This document shows positions 16,688 through 27,127 of a stretch of DNA of 38,531 nt, piece by piece. Each line of letters starts with the position of its first letter. Position 1 is the stretch's first letter. The DNA is taken from NCBI GenBank assembly GCA_943788985.1, contig CALSSJ010000008.1, forward strand, positions 1 through 38,531, given 5' to 3'. A program made the translations under genes and the position numbers. Below the pieces are notes generated by a model. The model was not told where the DNA came from. It ran no database searches and was given only the letters and a program-made list of their open reading frames with translations. Origin of the DNA: an uncultured Lentisphaerales bacterium. Lineage in GTDB: Bacteria; Verrucomicrobiota; Lentisphaeria; JABSQK01; UBA12247.

Positions 16688-19139
16688 TCACCGCGCGAGC
16701 GGTACACTTTTCCATTGCTTACTCTCAGTCAAAGTGCGCGCAGCGAAGGTGTAGATGAGAACGCGTTTGCCTCTAGCCTCCTTGGGGTTTGTGAGGAAGC
16801 GCCGAGCAAGATCGAAGCGAATCTGCGCACCAGATCCACGGCGCGCCATAAGGTCGATCGGCATGCCGAGTGTGGCAGCAATGTGTTCGCCAAATCCTGC
16901 ATTACGGCAATGCATGTCCTCGCCATCTGAGAAAATGAGGCCGTGACTGTCCGCGAGCAGCAAAACTGGGCTGTCGTCGGCAAAGGGCTCAGGCGATATT
17001 TTCAGGATTTGGGCTTGGCTCTCCGGGAAAGGAAAGTCGGGTACTCGCTGGACAAGGTCCCCAGTGTAGGTTAGCAGCTCTGAGACACTGGCGAAGTTCG
17101 CAGTGCTAGTCGCCCACTCCTCGCTTGCGAACTCCGCAACAATTGCGTTGGCTGCCAGCTGCAACCCTCGCGGCGCCCAATGGCTGTCGCGCTCGCAGCT
17201 GACAGTGCCCAAGCTGGCATCCTCTTTGCGGGCGGCAAGAAAGGCATCAGTGACATCAAGTACCTTGACCCTGCTCTTGCGAAGAGCCGCGTAGAACTCC
17301 TGAAGAGTCGTGTCGAGACGAACTGGAGCACCGCGCCTCGGTGGCGACAGTCTCGCTGAAGAGCTTGTCAGGGTAGATAACCGCACGCGGCGGGGCGGGC
17401 GCAAATATGAGGTCGATGCCAAGTGCGAGCAGCTTCGCATTCAAATCGATAATGGCTTGCAGCGGATCGACATCTTCAGACTCCGCAGACTCCCCCCAGA
17501 ATGGATCATGTGCCAGAAAACGCAGCTCAGATCTCAGGAAAAGCCACTTGTCCTGGCCGACGATGACCGGGGCATCGCCGGTAGCAGCAAGCCTGGCGAA
17601 GGCGTCCTTGGCAGTCGTAGGCGTGATTGCGGCGATAAGCGGCTGCGGTGGCGGAGCAGGCGGCAGGTCGATGTGCTTCCAATCTCCGAAGACAAGTTCC
17701 CGCTCGGCGAACTGCCAGATCACAACCTTGGTGGAAGCAAGGCGATGCGGATTGCCATGGAGCGCATCGGCGAGGAGTTGCCTCGATGCGTATGCACCAT
17801 CGTCATTCCGCGTCAGCCGGTCGATCCGCCGCCCACAGGCTAGAGAGATATGCTCCGCCAGGCCGGCGGCTTTTCCCCAGCCCATCTCGGCCATACTGTA
17901 GATGTTGCTAAAACTGTCGCCGAGTAATAGGACATCTGACTCTGGGTCTGAACGCCAATCGACTACGCTGCGGATGTGCGCGGACTCCGAACAGTCAGAA
18001 AGGCCAAGCATGATGGCGATATCGCCGGGCTGAGTGACCGTCTCCTCGCGTGTAATTAAGTCTACAGAGCTCGCAGTCCCAAGCAGGTCGCCCAGACCTT
18101 CTGCGACCGCGTGCATGGCCTGGGGAGTCCAGTGGGTGTCAGTGGCGAGGTACTGAGCATCGGAAGACGCACGTGCTTTCAACAGCCCCGCTGGGTCGTA
18201 TACCTGAATACCAGCGGCTGCGAGATCCGCAATGAGTACTTGGAAGCCGCGATTGCGTAGTGGGGCAATTTTCGTCCCACCAGCGAGTTGATCAGGGTGG
18301 ATGCTTGGCTTGACTGGTGTAGGCAGGAGAATGAGTTCTATTCCGCGGACGGCAAGTTGATCGCGGAAGTGAATAATGGCATCGCGCGGCGCATGCCCAA
18401 AAGCCGGGCCAGTAAGTGCCCGCACATCCGGCCCATAGAAAAGCCAGCCATCGCGTCCCACATAGGCCTTTTCGTTCCCTGCGCCGAGTCCTGCAAGTAC
18501 ACGCTGCACTGGGGCTCGGAGGCGCGTGGCAAAAAGTGATTCATCATCAATCTTTTGCTCGTAGAGCCCGATGCGTTTCTGGATTTCAGCGTTAAGAGCA
18601 AGAAGACTCTTGCCCTGGAAGCGGTTACGATAGCTTGGCTGCGCTCCGAAGTAGGCGGGCATGGTGAGCAAGTGTTTCGCCTCAACCACCGAGCTATTCG
18701 TGCTCGCGTGCGTGGATGTGGCTTCTGCCCACGGACGAACCGTCACGTGGATGGACGCGCCTGGCTGGATCGCCGCGATGGGGAGAATGTCCCGCGACTG
18801 CATCGCGAGCACCGAGACCCGAAGCTCGGCCAAATCCAGACCGTCAATGTCCGTAAGGTGCAGTTGCATCAGGAAGTCCTTGTAGACCCCATCGCGATTG
18901 GGTGGAGCCGAAACGGCTGTCACTGTCGCCGTGATCGGAGTACCTATAATCCTCAGTTCACTGCCTTGACCATCAGCGTGCATTCCCCCTTGCCAATACT
19001 GCAAGGCGGGTACGATAAGGATGAAGGCGATGAACACGACAATGAGCGTGAGTTGCACGCCAGGGGCAAAGTCAGTATGGCCCACTTCCGCTTGTGCTTG
19101 CTCTTCGCGGACAGGTCGTGGTGTGACGCGTGCGTTCAT
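16688..19139 (-). CDS. AlgJ/AlgX-family O-acetyltransferase with two SGNH-like domains (one frameshift near 17340)
   Basis: Domain 1: GRDGWLFY, YLATDTHWTP, LLGDSFS. Domain 2: GQDKWLFL, RDSHWAPRG, LLADSHG. N-terminal TM anchor; start overlaps the algI stop. Confidence 0.82.
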
Positions 19140-20554
19140 TAGAAGATGAAATAGATGAAGGGGTGAAAGCTAGTGGCGCCTAGAAGTGCAATGGCGAGAA
19201 CGAAGAGTACGACGATGGCAATGGTCTTGGGCCAGGTGAGCTGGCGTGTGTAGTCCCACGTCTGCGGCGCCCCCCAGATGATGATCGCGGCGAGAATCAG
19301 GGTGCCAAGATGATAAAGACTATAGATCTGCCCGGGGACCATATCGGCAGCTGGGTGATCACCACTCTGCGCAAACATCGCCCCGAGATAGTTCACTGCC
19401 TCTGGCAAGCTAGCCGCCCGAAAGAAAACCCAAGCGATACAGACCACAAAAAAGGTCATGGCTACCGCGATGGGCCGTGGCAGGCGGGCGTAGAGCGCCT
19501 TCTTGCCCATCAGGCGCTCTAGCGCCAGCATCCCGCCGTGAATACCTCCCCAGATTGCAAAATTCCAGGCAGCGCCATGCCAGAGTCCGCCCAGCAGCAT
19601 GACTAGAGCCAGATTAACGTAAGTTCGCCCTGCCCCCATGCGATTGCCGCCGAGCGGGATGTAGAGGTAATCGCGCAGCCACGTGGAAAGCGACAAGTGC
19701 CAACGCTGCCAGAACTCCGTGATCGTGCAGGCCCGATACGGAGAGGCGAAGTTCTTTGGAAAGACAAATCCAAACATCAAGCCAAGCCCGATGGCCATGT
19801 CACTGTAAGCGCTGAAGTCGAAGTAGATCTGAAAAGCATAGGCGACGATCCCGGCCCACGCCTCCAGCGCATGGAGATCAGCGGCAGCAAAACACTCATC
19901 CGCGACTTTTCCACAAGGGTCCGCGAGCAGGACCTTCTTACTCATGCCCAGCATGAAGAATGCGACGCCTCTTGCGAACTTTGCAGCCGTGTGCTGTCGC
20001 TCCAGTAGTTGCTCAGCCACCTCCTGGAAGCGGATGATGGGCCCGGCCACGAGCTGAGGAAACATCGACACGTAGCACGCAAAATCGAGAGGATTGCGGA
20101 TGGCCTGCGCTTCGCCGCGATAGACGTCGATGCTGTAGCTCATGCTTTGAAAGGTGTAGAAGCTGATTCCCAGCGGCAGAGTGATGCGAAGAAAGTTTTG
20201 ATAGCTAGCCGCCTCGAACCCCATGCCATCCATCAAGAAATTCCAGCTTTCCATGCCGAAATTGAAGTACTTGAAAAATCCGAGTAGGCCCAAGTTTGTC
20301 AAGATCGAGATGGTTAGCGCGATGCGTGCTCCTTTGGCACGACGGCTGATGACTAACCCGCAGATATAGTCGATTGCTGTGCTGAAGAGCATAAGCAGGA
20401 TGAACGCCGGGTTGCTCCAGCCATAAAAGAAGTAGCTGGCCAAAGTCAGCAGCACGTGCGCAGAAGTCCTGCCGCCAAGTCGCAGGGCGAGGAAGTAGAG
20501 CCCAAGAACAGCGGGCAGAAAGTAGAAAATGAAGACGGACGAGCTGAAAACCAT
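19139..20554 (-). CDS. algI: MBOAT-family O-acyltransferase, AlgI/PatA type
   Basis: MVFSS..F, LPLGISFYTFQSMSY, FPQLVAGPI, QIYFDFSAYSDMAIG, EFWQRWHLSLSTWLRDYLYIPLGG, GLWHGA, terminal FIYFIF. Confidence 0.92.
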   Translation of the reverse strand: MVFSSSVFIFYFLPAVLGLYFLALRLGGRTSAHVLLTLASYFFYGWSNPAFILLMLFSTAIDYICGLVISRRAKGARIALTISILTNLGLLGFFKYFNFGMESWNFLMDGMGFEAASYQNFLRITLPLGISFYTFQSMSYSIDVYRGEAQAIRNPLDFACYVSMFPQLVAGPIIRFQEVAEQLLERQHTAAKFARGVAFFMLGMSKKVLLADPCGKVADECFAAADLHALEAWAGIVAYAFQIYFDFSAYSDMAIGLGLMFGFVFPKNFASPYRACTITEFWQRWHLSLSTWLRDYLYIPLGGNRMGAGRTYVNLALVMLLGGLWHGAAWNFAIWGGIHGGMLALERLMGKKALYARLPRPIAVAMTFFVVCIAWVFFRAASLPEAVNYLGAMFAQSGDHPAADMVPGQIYSLYHLGTLILAAIIIWGAPQTWDYTRQLTWPKTIAIVVLFVLAIALLGATSFHPFIYFIF

Positions 20555-20683
20555 AGGAGCCAAACTGTACGGGCACCCGCGCCTTATTTCGCCCCCATCC
20601 GAGCGGAACCAAATTCTTGCTTGAGTCATTCCGGCGCTATCTGCTGTGAGCGGGAAATGCGTGAATTGCTGACTTTGCACAGA

Positions 20684-20725
20684 TAGAATCCGGTCGTGGC
20701 AAAGTGACAAACGTACCGGCAGGCC
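20684..20725 (+). repeat. Direct-repeat motif copy 2 (TAGAATC-N12-AGTGACAAACGTAC)
   Basis: Matches 14684-14725; lies in the divergent algI/purC spacer. Confidence 0.7.
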
Positions 20726-20770
20726 TACAGTTTGGGATTTTTCTGACAGCCCACCGTTTGGAGTTTGTGA

Positions 20771-21874
20771 ATGAGCGCCCGCACCGCCTCCGTTCTATCC
20801 GTGAACAATGACCTACCCATTCGTACCGACGAAGCCGTGCACAGCGGCAAGGTACGCGCCGTATACTGGCTGACCGCTGCGGACAGCGCACGCCTGATCG
20901 CAACCAACAACTACGACGTGGCCGCTGGCTCCCAGCTGGCTGTGATGGTGATCAGTGACCGAATCTCAGCGTTCGACTGCATTTGGCACGGCGAAGGCGG
21001 AATGGGAGGCGTGCCCGGAAAAGGCGCCGCGCTCAACACTGTCTCCCGCCATTGGTTTGATGCGTTCTCCGCAAACGGCCTGGCCGGACACCATATTCTT
21101 GACGTGCCGCATCCGCTGGTTTGGATCGTGCAGCGCACCCAGCCGATCATGGTTGAAGCAATTGCCCGTCAGTACATCACCGGCAGCATGTGGCGCGCCT
21201 ACGCACGAGGGGAACGCACCGTCTGCGGTATCGAGCTTCCCGAGGGCCTGCAGCAGGACCAGCGTCTTCCGGAGTTGCTGATCACGCCGTCGACCAAAGG
21301 GATTCTCAACGGGCTGATCGACGTCCCGCCCGTGGATGACGTCAACATCTCGCGCGCGAACATCGAGCAAAACCTTGCAGCATTCCGCTTCAAAAGCGTG
21401 GCCGACATTGATCGCTACGAGACCCTATTGAAGGAGGGCTTCGAGCTCATCGACAAGGCGCTGGACGGAATCGGGCAGATCTTTGTCGATACCAAGTTCG
21501 AGTTCGGCTATGCCACGAACGCGGCCGGAGAAGAGCGGATGATCTACATGGATGAAGTCGGGACACCGGATTCATCACGCCTCTGGGACAAGGCCGCGCA
21601 TGCAGACGGCAAAGTGGTGGAGAACTCTAAGGAAGAGTTCCGCAAGCTGCTGTTGTCCACGCTGCCTGATCCAGATGTCCTGCTGGACAAGAGCCGGATG
21701 GCAGAGCGCAAGCAGGTCGCAGATTCGACAGACCTTCCGCTCGAAGTCATGCAGCAAATCTCCGACACCTATACCGGAATTGCCGCGCAGATCACCGGCG
21801 CCGAGGTGATTGCGCCCGAAAACCCGCGCGAAGAGATTCTGGAAGCGCTGAACGGCTATGGCTTGGTTCGGTGA
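20771..21874 (+). CDS. purC: SAICAR synthase, long Vibrio-type form
   Basis: [53 protein letters not shown]; 367 aa. Confidence 0.93.
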   Translation: MSARTASVLSVNNDLPIRTDEAVHSGKVRAVYWLTAADSARLIATNNYDVAAGSQLAVMVISDRISAFDCIWHGEGGMGGVPGKGAALNTVSRHWFDAFSANGLAGHHILDVPHPLVWIVQRTQPIMVEAIARQYITGSMWRAYARGERTVCGIELPEGLQQDQRLPELLITPSTKGILNGLIDVPPVDDVNISRANIEQNLAAFRFKSVADIDRYETLLKEGFELIDKALDGIGQIFVDTKFEFGYATNAAGEERMIYMDEVGTPDSSRLWDKAAHADGKVVENSKEEFRKLLLSTLPDPDVLLDKSRMAERKQVADSTDLPLEVMQQISDTYTGIAAQITGAEVIAPENPREEILEALNGYGLVR

Positions 21875-22587
21875 GTACCCCCGCGGTCGGGATCCTTGGC
21901 GGCACCAGTCTACTGGGCAGCACCTTGTTCGAGGGGGCTGAACCACGGAATGTGGTTACGCCCCACGGCGCCGTCACTGTTCGCCTGACCGCTGATGTTG
22001 CCTTTGTGCAACGTCATGGGGAGGCGCCGTTTGTGCCCCCGCACAGGATCAATCACCATGCGAACATCGCAGCATTCAAGAAACTGGGCATCCAGAACAT
22101 TGCAGCGGTGAATTCCACAGGCTCGCTACGCGAAGATTGGCCCCCGGGTACTCGTGTAGTTCCGGTCGACTACTTCAACCTGTTCAATCCTCCCACCTAT
22201 TTCGATGAAGCCATGACCTTCACAGTCCCAGGGCTGGACGCAGGGATGCGTGAGGCCCTGCTGGACGCTGCTCGGGCACTCGGTCACGAAGTGTACGATG
22301 GCGGCGTCTACACGCAGGTGCAGGGGCCGATTCTCGAAACGCCGGCCGAGATTCGATTTCTGGCGACAGTCGGCGATCTGGTCGGGATGACCATGGCGCA
22401 TGAGGCCATTCTTGCCCGCGAGCTAGCCCTGAACTATGCCACACTTTGCTTGATCGATAACTATGCAAACGGCATTGCGGACACCGCACTGGCGCTTTCG
22501 CACATCGATGAAGCCCGCGCGGAGAATCTCGCCGTCGCCGAAAGTATTCTGAAGGAAGTAATCCAGCAATTCCCGGCAGGAGCTTAG
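21871..22587 (+). CDS. MTAP-family nucleoside phosphorylase, probably methylthioinosine phosphorylase
   Basis: GILGGT, RHG...[34 protein letters not shown] where adenine-specific MTAPs have VTDYD. Confidence 0.85.
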   Translation: MSTPAVGILGGTSLLGSTLFEGAEPRNVVTPHGAVTVRLTADVAFVQRHGEAPFVPPHRINHHANIAAFKKLGIQNIAAVNSTGSLREDWPPGTRVVPVDYFNLFNPPTYFDEAMTFTVPGLDAGMREALLDAARALGHEVYDGGVYTQVQGPILETPAEIRFLATVGDLVGMTMAHEAILARELALNYATLCLIDNYANGIADTALALSHIDEARAENLAVAESILKEVIQQFPAGA

Positions 22588-22594
22588 TCTAATC

Positions 22595-23851
22595 ATGTCT
22601 ATCCTGATCCAGAATGTCCTCTTGGCAGATCAGAGCACCGATCTGCTGATCGAGGGCAATCGCATCGCCCGTATCGCGCCGGAGATTCCCGAGCCTTCAG
22701 GCGCGACCCTCATCGACGGTTCGCATCAGGCGATCCTGCCCGGCCTCCATAACGGTCACACCCACGCCGCCATGGTCTTGTTACGCGGCTATGCCGACGA
22801 CATGCCGCTCCACCAATGGCTGACCGAGAAGATCTGGCCCATCGAGGCCAAGATGACCGAAGAGTCCGTGTACTGGGGAACCAAACTCGCCTGTGTGGAA
22901 ATGATCCGCACGGGCACGACCTTCTTCAATGACATGTACTGGCATCGCCAGGGCTCGGTCCGCGCGGTAACCGAGATGGGCCTGCGCGCCTCGTTGGCTG
23001 GCGTGGTGATCGACCTTTTCGACAAAGCCAAGGCTCGTGAGCAGCGCGCAGAAGTCGAGAATGCATTCGCCGTCGCCCAGGAGAATTCCTGCGATAGAAT
23101 CCAATTCACGCTTGGGCCGCATGCGATCTACACCGTGAGCGAAGCGAGCCTGCGCTGGATTGCGGAGTTCGCAACTCAACATGACCTGCTGATTCATACG
23201 CACCTATCGGAAACGCAGAAAGAAGTCGATGACTGCCTGGCGCAGCATGGCGTTCGCCCCGTGGAATACCTCGAACGCATCGGTTTTCTGGGGTCTAGGG
23301 TCAGTTTTGGGCACGGCATCTGGCTGGACGAGAGAGAGCGGGCAATCCTGGGTGAGCGCGGCTGTGCAATCGTGACCAACCCTTGCGCGAACATGAAGCT
23401 TGGCAGCGGGATGTTCGCGTTTGCGGACACCGCAAAGGCTGGCATCCCGATCGGACTTGGGACGGACGGCACCAGTTCAAACAACAATCTTGACCTGTTT
23501 GAAGAGATGAAGTTTGCCGCCTTACTGGAGAAGGTCCGTACCATGGATCCGACTGCTGTACCTGCGGCTGAAATCCTGCGGACCGCCACTGCCGAGAACG
23601 CCAAGATCTTCCGTCTCGGCTCCGGTGTGGTGGAAGAAGGAGCGCTGGCTGACCTGATCCTAGTCAACCTAAGGGCACTGGCCTACGCGCCGGGACACAA
23701 CTTTGTCTCTGACGCCGTCTACAGCGGGACTGGATACCATGTGAATACGACGATCTGCGACGGAAAAATCTTGATGCGCGATCGCGAAATTCCTGGAGAA
23801 GAAGAGATTCGCGTTAAAGCGATTGAATGCAGCGGATTTCTTACTGCCTGA
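22595..23851 (+). CDS. mtaD: 5-methylthioadenosine/S-adenosylhomocysteine deaminase-like amidohydrolase
   Basis: PGLHNGHTHAAM..LRGYADD, GTTFFNDMY, GPHAIYT, HTHLSET, LGTDGTSSNNNLDLFEEM. Confidence 0.85.
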   Translation: MSILIQNVLLADQSTDLLIEGNRIARIAPEIPEPSGATLIDGSHQAILPGLHNGHTHAAMVLLRGYADDMPLHQWLTEKIWPIEAKMTEESVYWGTKLACVEMIRTGTTFFNDMYWHRQGSVRAVTEMGLRASLAGVVIDLFDKAKAREQRAEVENAFAVAQENSCDRIQFTLGPHAIYTVSEASLRWIAEFATQHDLLIHTHLSETQKEVDDCLAQHGVRPVEYLERIGFLGSRVSFGHGIWLDERERAILGERGCAIVTNPCANMKLGSGMFAFADTAKAGIPIGLGTDGTSSNNNLDLFEEMKFAALLEKVRTMDPTAVPAAEILRTATAENAKIFRLGSGVVEEGALADLILVNLRALAYAPGHNFVSDAVYSGTGYHVNTTICDGKILMRDREIPGEEEIRVKAIECSGFLTA

Positions 23852-23966
23852 AGCCCACTTTTAAGCTACCATTATTACAGGATGCCTTTGCGGATTCTGC
23901 CGCAGACTCCACGTTCTTATGCTTTTTACAGCCATGAGATTCACGCGAACTTTGCGGAGGTTTTAG

Positions 23967-25106
23967 ATGACCAGAATCGGAATTGTACGCGATCAACAAG
24001 TAGGCGAGCGACGGGTGGCAATGACACCACCTATTGCCGCGAAACTCACAAAACTTGGGGCCAAGGTTACGGTTGAGGCAGGGCTGGGGAAGGATCTCGG
24101 CTGGCAGGACGAAGCCTACCGCGAAATCGGCTGCGAGATCTGCGACGATCGCAGTAAACTTTTAGGCGATGCAGAGATCGTGCTACGGCTCCATCCGCCC
24201 ACGGTCGAAGACGTGCAGGCGCTCAGTGAAGGCGCGGTGCACGTCAGCTATCTAGATGTATTTCAGGGATTTGATGTGCTGCGAGCTCTGGCTGCGCGCC
24301 AGGTGTCTGCGATTGGCATGGACATCATGCCGCGGTCGACGCGCGCGCAAAAGATGGATGCGATCAGCTCGCAGGCCAGCCTGGCTGGTTATGCTGCTGT
24401 GATCGAAGCCGCGCAGATGTCTAATCTTGTCTTCCCGATGATGATGACTCCGGCAGGTACGATCACGCCGTCACGCGTGTTCGTAATTGGCGCTGGCGTA
24501 GCGGGCCTCCAGGCGATCGCCACAGCTCGCCGCTTGGGTGCACAGGTGGAAGCCTTCGACACGCGCCCGGATGCGCAGGAACAGATCTCATCGCTCGGGG
24601 CGAAACCCGTTCGTTTTGACCTCGGTGAGACCGGGCAAACCAAGGACGGCTACGCAAAGCAACTAACCGAAGAGCAACTCCAGTTGCAGCAGGTCGAAAT
24701 GGCCAAGGTGTGTGCCCGGTCCGACGTGGTCATTACTACCGCGCAGTTGTTTGGCCGGCCTGCGCCAACAATCGTCACGGAAGAGATGATTGAGGCGATG
24801 AAGCCTGGCTCCATCGTAGTGGACCTAGCGGTGAGTACTGGCGGAAACGTGGCGGGAAGTAAGCCGGGCGTGGTGAACGTGGGCGGTGTCCAGATCGTGG
24901 GCAATTCGTCTCTTTCGGCAACCGTACCGACGCATGCCAGTCAAATGTACGCCAGCAATCTGTTCAATGTCATCGACGAATTTTGGGACAAGGAAGCAGG
25001 CGCGTTCAAGCTTGACCGAGACGACGAGCTAATCCAGGGCTGCCTGGTCGTAGATGGCGGCGCGGTGGTTCATCCCATGATTAAAGAACGCATGGAGGCA
25101 AACTGA
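23967..25106 (+). CDS. pntAA: NAD(P) transhydrogenase alpha subunit, domain I
   Basis: ERRVAMTP, RAQKMDAISSQ, GAGVAGLQAIATARRLGA, GYAKQL, VDLAVSTGGNV. Confidence 0.95.
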   Translation: MTRIGIVRDQQVGERRVAMTPPIAAKLTKLGAKVTVEAGLGKDLGWQDEAYREIGCEICDDRSKLLGDAEIVLRLHPPTVEDVQALSEGAVHVSYLDVFQGFDVLRALAARQVSAIGMDIMPRSTRAQKMDAISSQASLAGYAAVIEAAQMSNLVFPMMMTPAGTITPSRVFVIGAGVAGLQAIATARRLGAQVEAFDTRPDAQEQISSLGAKPVRFDLGETGQTKDGYAKQLTEEQLQLQQVEMAKVCARSDVVITTAQLFGRPAPTIVTEEMIEAMKPGSIVVDLAVSTGGNVAGSKPGVVNVGGVQIVGNSSLSATVPTHASQMYASNLFNVIDEFWDKEAGAFKLDRDDELIQGCLVVDGGAVVHPMIKERMEAN

Positions 25107-25459
25107 TGGAAACCAGCAAACTGATCGAATCGGCGGCCAAGGCTGTCGAAAATAGCCCGGATATGATATCGCTCCTCTTCATTCTGGCGTTGGCGGTATT
25201 TTTGGGATTTGAGCTAATCGCCAAAGTGCCCAGCACGCTGCACACGCCGCTGATGTCTGGCGCTAACGCGATTTCTGGCATTACGATTGTAGGAGCAATT
25301 ATGGTACTGAACAATGCAGGCACGAATCAGACCGCACAGATTCTAGGTGCTGCGGCGTTGGGATTCGCCGCAGTTAACGTGGTCGGCGGCTACCTGGTGA
25401 CGGACCGCATGCTCGGCATGTTCAGTAAGAAAGCGAAAAAGCCGGAGGACAAGGCATGA
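25106..25459 (+). CDS. pntAB: NAD(P) transhydrogenase alpha subunit, membrane part
   Basis: KVPSTLHTPLMSGANAISGI, NVVGGYLVTDRMLGMF. Confidence 0.95.
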   Translation: METSKLIESAAKAVENSPDMISLLFILALAVFLGFELIAKVPSTLHTPLMSGANAISGITIVGAIMVLNNAGTNQTAQILGAAALGFAAVNVVGGYLVTDRMLGMFSKKAKKPEDKA

Positions 25460-26838
25460 TTACAGGAATCGCCTATGTGATCGCCTCGGCATTGTTTGTC
25501 ATTGGCATCAAACTACTGAGCTCTCCAGATACCGCACGGCGGGGAAATATGGTATCCGCCGGCGGAATGCTACTGGCGATCCTCGTCACCTTGATCGACT
25601 GTTCAGGCACGAGCCTGGCCTGGGTGGCATCTGCGGTGGCAATCGGGGGCCTGATCGGGGGCATCGCTGCCCAACGTGTCGAGATGACCTCTATGCCTGA
25701 GATGGTGGCGTTGTTCAATGGCTCCGGTGGTGCTGCCAGTTTACTGGTCGGCTGCGCCGAGTTCGTGCGGGCACCCGAGTCGTCCTGGACCGTTCTGTTG
25801 CCGATTTCCCTCGCGATTGTGATCGGCGGTGTGACCACCACTGGTAGCCTTATCGCCTACGGGAAACTGTCGGGCAAGATCAGCACCGCGCCATTTCAGT
25901 TCACGGGGCAGGGGCTGGTCAACGGCTTATTGCTCGCGGCAACTGTCGTGTGCTGCGTGCTCTTCTCCCTGACGCTCGGCGAGGGCTCGCTGGACAGCGC
26001 CAGGATGAACCTGATGATTGCGCTCGTGGTCTTGTCCTTGGTGATCGGCGTAACCGCGGTGATCCCGATCGGCGGGGGCGATATGCCCGTGGTGATTTCG
26101 CTGTTGAACAGCTATTCGGGGCTGGCCGCATGCGCAGCTGGATTCGTCATCTTGAATAATGTGCTGATTGTGGCGGGTGCACTGGTGGGTGCCAGCGGAA
26201 TTATTCTGACCGTGATTATGTGCAAGGCGATGAACCGGTCGCTGTCCAATGTGCTGTTCAGCGGGTTTGGCTCAGCGGCCGCCGCTGGTGGTGGCACAGC
26301 GATCGAGGGCGAAGCGAAGCCGATCACGCCAGAGGATGCTTACTACGTCCTCGAAGCAGCGCGTTCGGTGCTTTTTGTGCCAGGCTATGGCATGGCAGTT
26401 GCACAGGCGCAGCATGTGGTGAAGGAGCTGGCAGCCATTCTTGAGGAGAACGGCTGCGAAGTTCGCTTTGCCATTCATCCGGTGGCCGGGCGCATGCCAG
26501 GGCACATGAATGTGTTGCTGGCCGAGGCGCAGGTGCCGTACGAGATGCTGGTCGAACCGGATGATGTGAACCCGACGATGGAGAACGTGGACGTAGGCAT
26601 CGTGATCGGTGCCAACGATGTCGTGAATCCTGCCGCACGTACTGACGAGTCCAGCCCGATCTACGGCATGCCGATCATCGACATTGATCGCGCTCGCTCG
26701 GTGTTCGTACTGAAACGTTCGATGCGCTCCGGTTTTGCGGGCATTCAGAATCCGCTGTTTTTCTGCGAGAATACGCGCATGCTATTTGGCGATGCCAAGG
26801 ACAGTATCTCGAATCTTGCCGCAGAGTTCAAGGACTAG
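25456..26838 (+). CDS. pntB: NAD(P) transhydrogenase beta subunit
   Basis: MTSMPEMVALFN, IGGGDMPVVISLLNSYSG, VPGYGMAVAQAQH, HPVAGRMPGHMNVLLAEA, GANDVVNPAA. Confidence 0.97.
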   Translation: MITGIAYVIASALFVIGIKLLSSPDTARRGNMVSAGGMLLAILVTLIDCSGTSLAWVASAVAIGGLIGGIAAQRVEMTSMPEMVALFNGSGGAASLLVGCAEFVRAPESSWTVLLPISLAIVIGGVTTTGSLIAYGKLSGKISTAPFQFTGQGLVNGLLLAATVVCCVLFSLTLGEGSLDSARMNLMIALVVLSLVIGVTAVIPIGGGDMPVVISLLNSYSGLAACAAGFVILNNVLIVAGALVGASGIILTVIMCKAMNRSLSNVLFSGFGSAAAAGGGTAIEGEAKPITPEDAYYVLEAARSVLFVPGYGMAVAQAQHVVKELAAILEENGCEVRFAIHPVAGRMPGHMNVLLAEAQVPYEMLVEPDDVNPTMENVDVGIVIGANDVVNPAARTDESSPIYGMPIIDIDRARSVFVLKRSMRSGFAGIQNPLFFCENTRMLFGDAKDSISNLAAEFKD

Positions 26839-26842
26839 TCAC

Positions 26843-26871
26843 TTGCAATTTTTCGGAGTTCGCAACATACT
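26843..26871 (+). promoter_or_regulatory. Putative sigma70 promoter
   Basis: TTGCAA-17 bp-CATACT, ~38 bp before the small lipoprotein ORF. Confidence 0.4.
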
Positions 26872-26908
26872 TGAGCATTGCTTACGAGAGCCATGGGGAT
26901 CTTCCGTT

Positions 26909-27127
26909 ATGAAACAGCTCGTTCCACTCTTTGTTCTGATCATCGCCGCTGCATTGGTGAGCAGCTGTCAGTGCCCGTGCGAGGGGAGCAGCGCAGGGCT
27001 TGACTGCGGCGACTCCAACTTGACAGTCACTGGTGACATTCAGTATCGCGGCTATTACGGTGGCAATAGCAAGGGCCTGCCGACGTTCGATCACAAAACC
27101 GGGCCAGCTCCCGAATTTCGGCGCTGA
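26909..27127 (+). CDS. Small Cys-containing putative lipoprotein (72 aa)
   Basis: MKQ + hydrophobic core + VSSC lipobox; fills the gap between pntB and the convergent GT2 gene. Confidence 0.6.
   Translation: MKQLVPLFVLIIAAALVSSCQCPCEGSSAGLDCGDSNLTVTGDIQYRGYYGGNSKGLPTFDHKTGPAPEFRR

Noticed and set aside
20684..20770. ZMP/ZTP riboswitch before purC
   Set aside because: GGTCGTGG resembles the start of the motif, but the ACUGGCG and CGCCUGGGC elements are missing.
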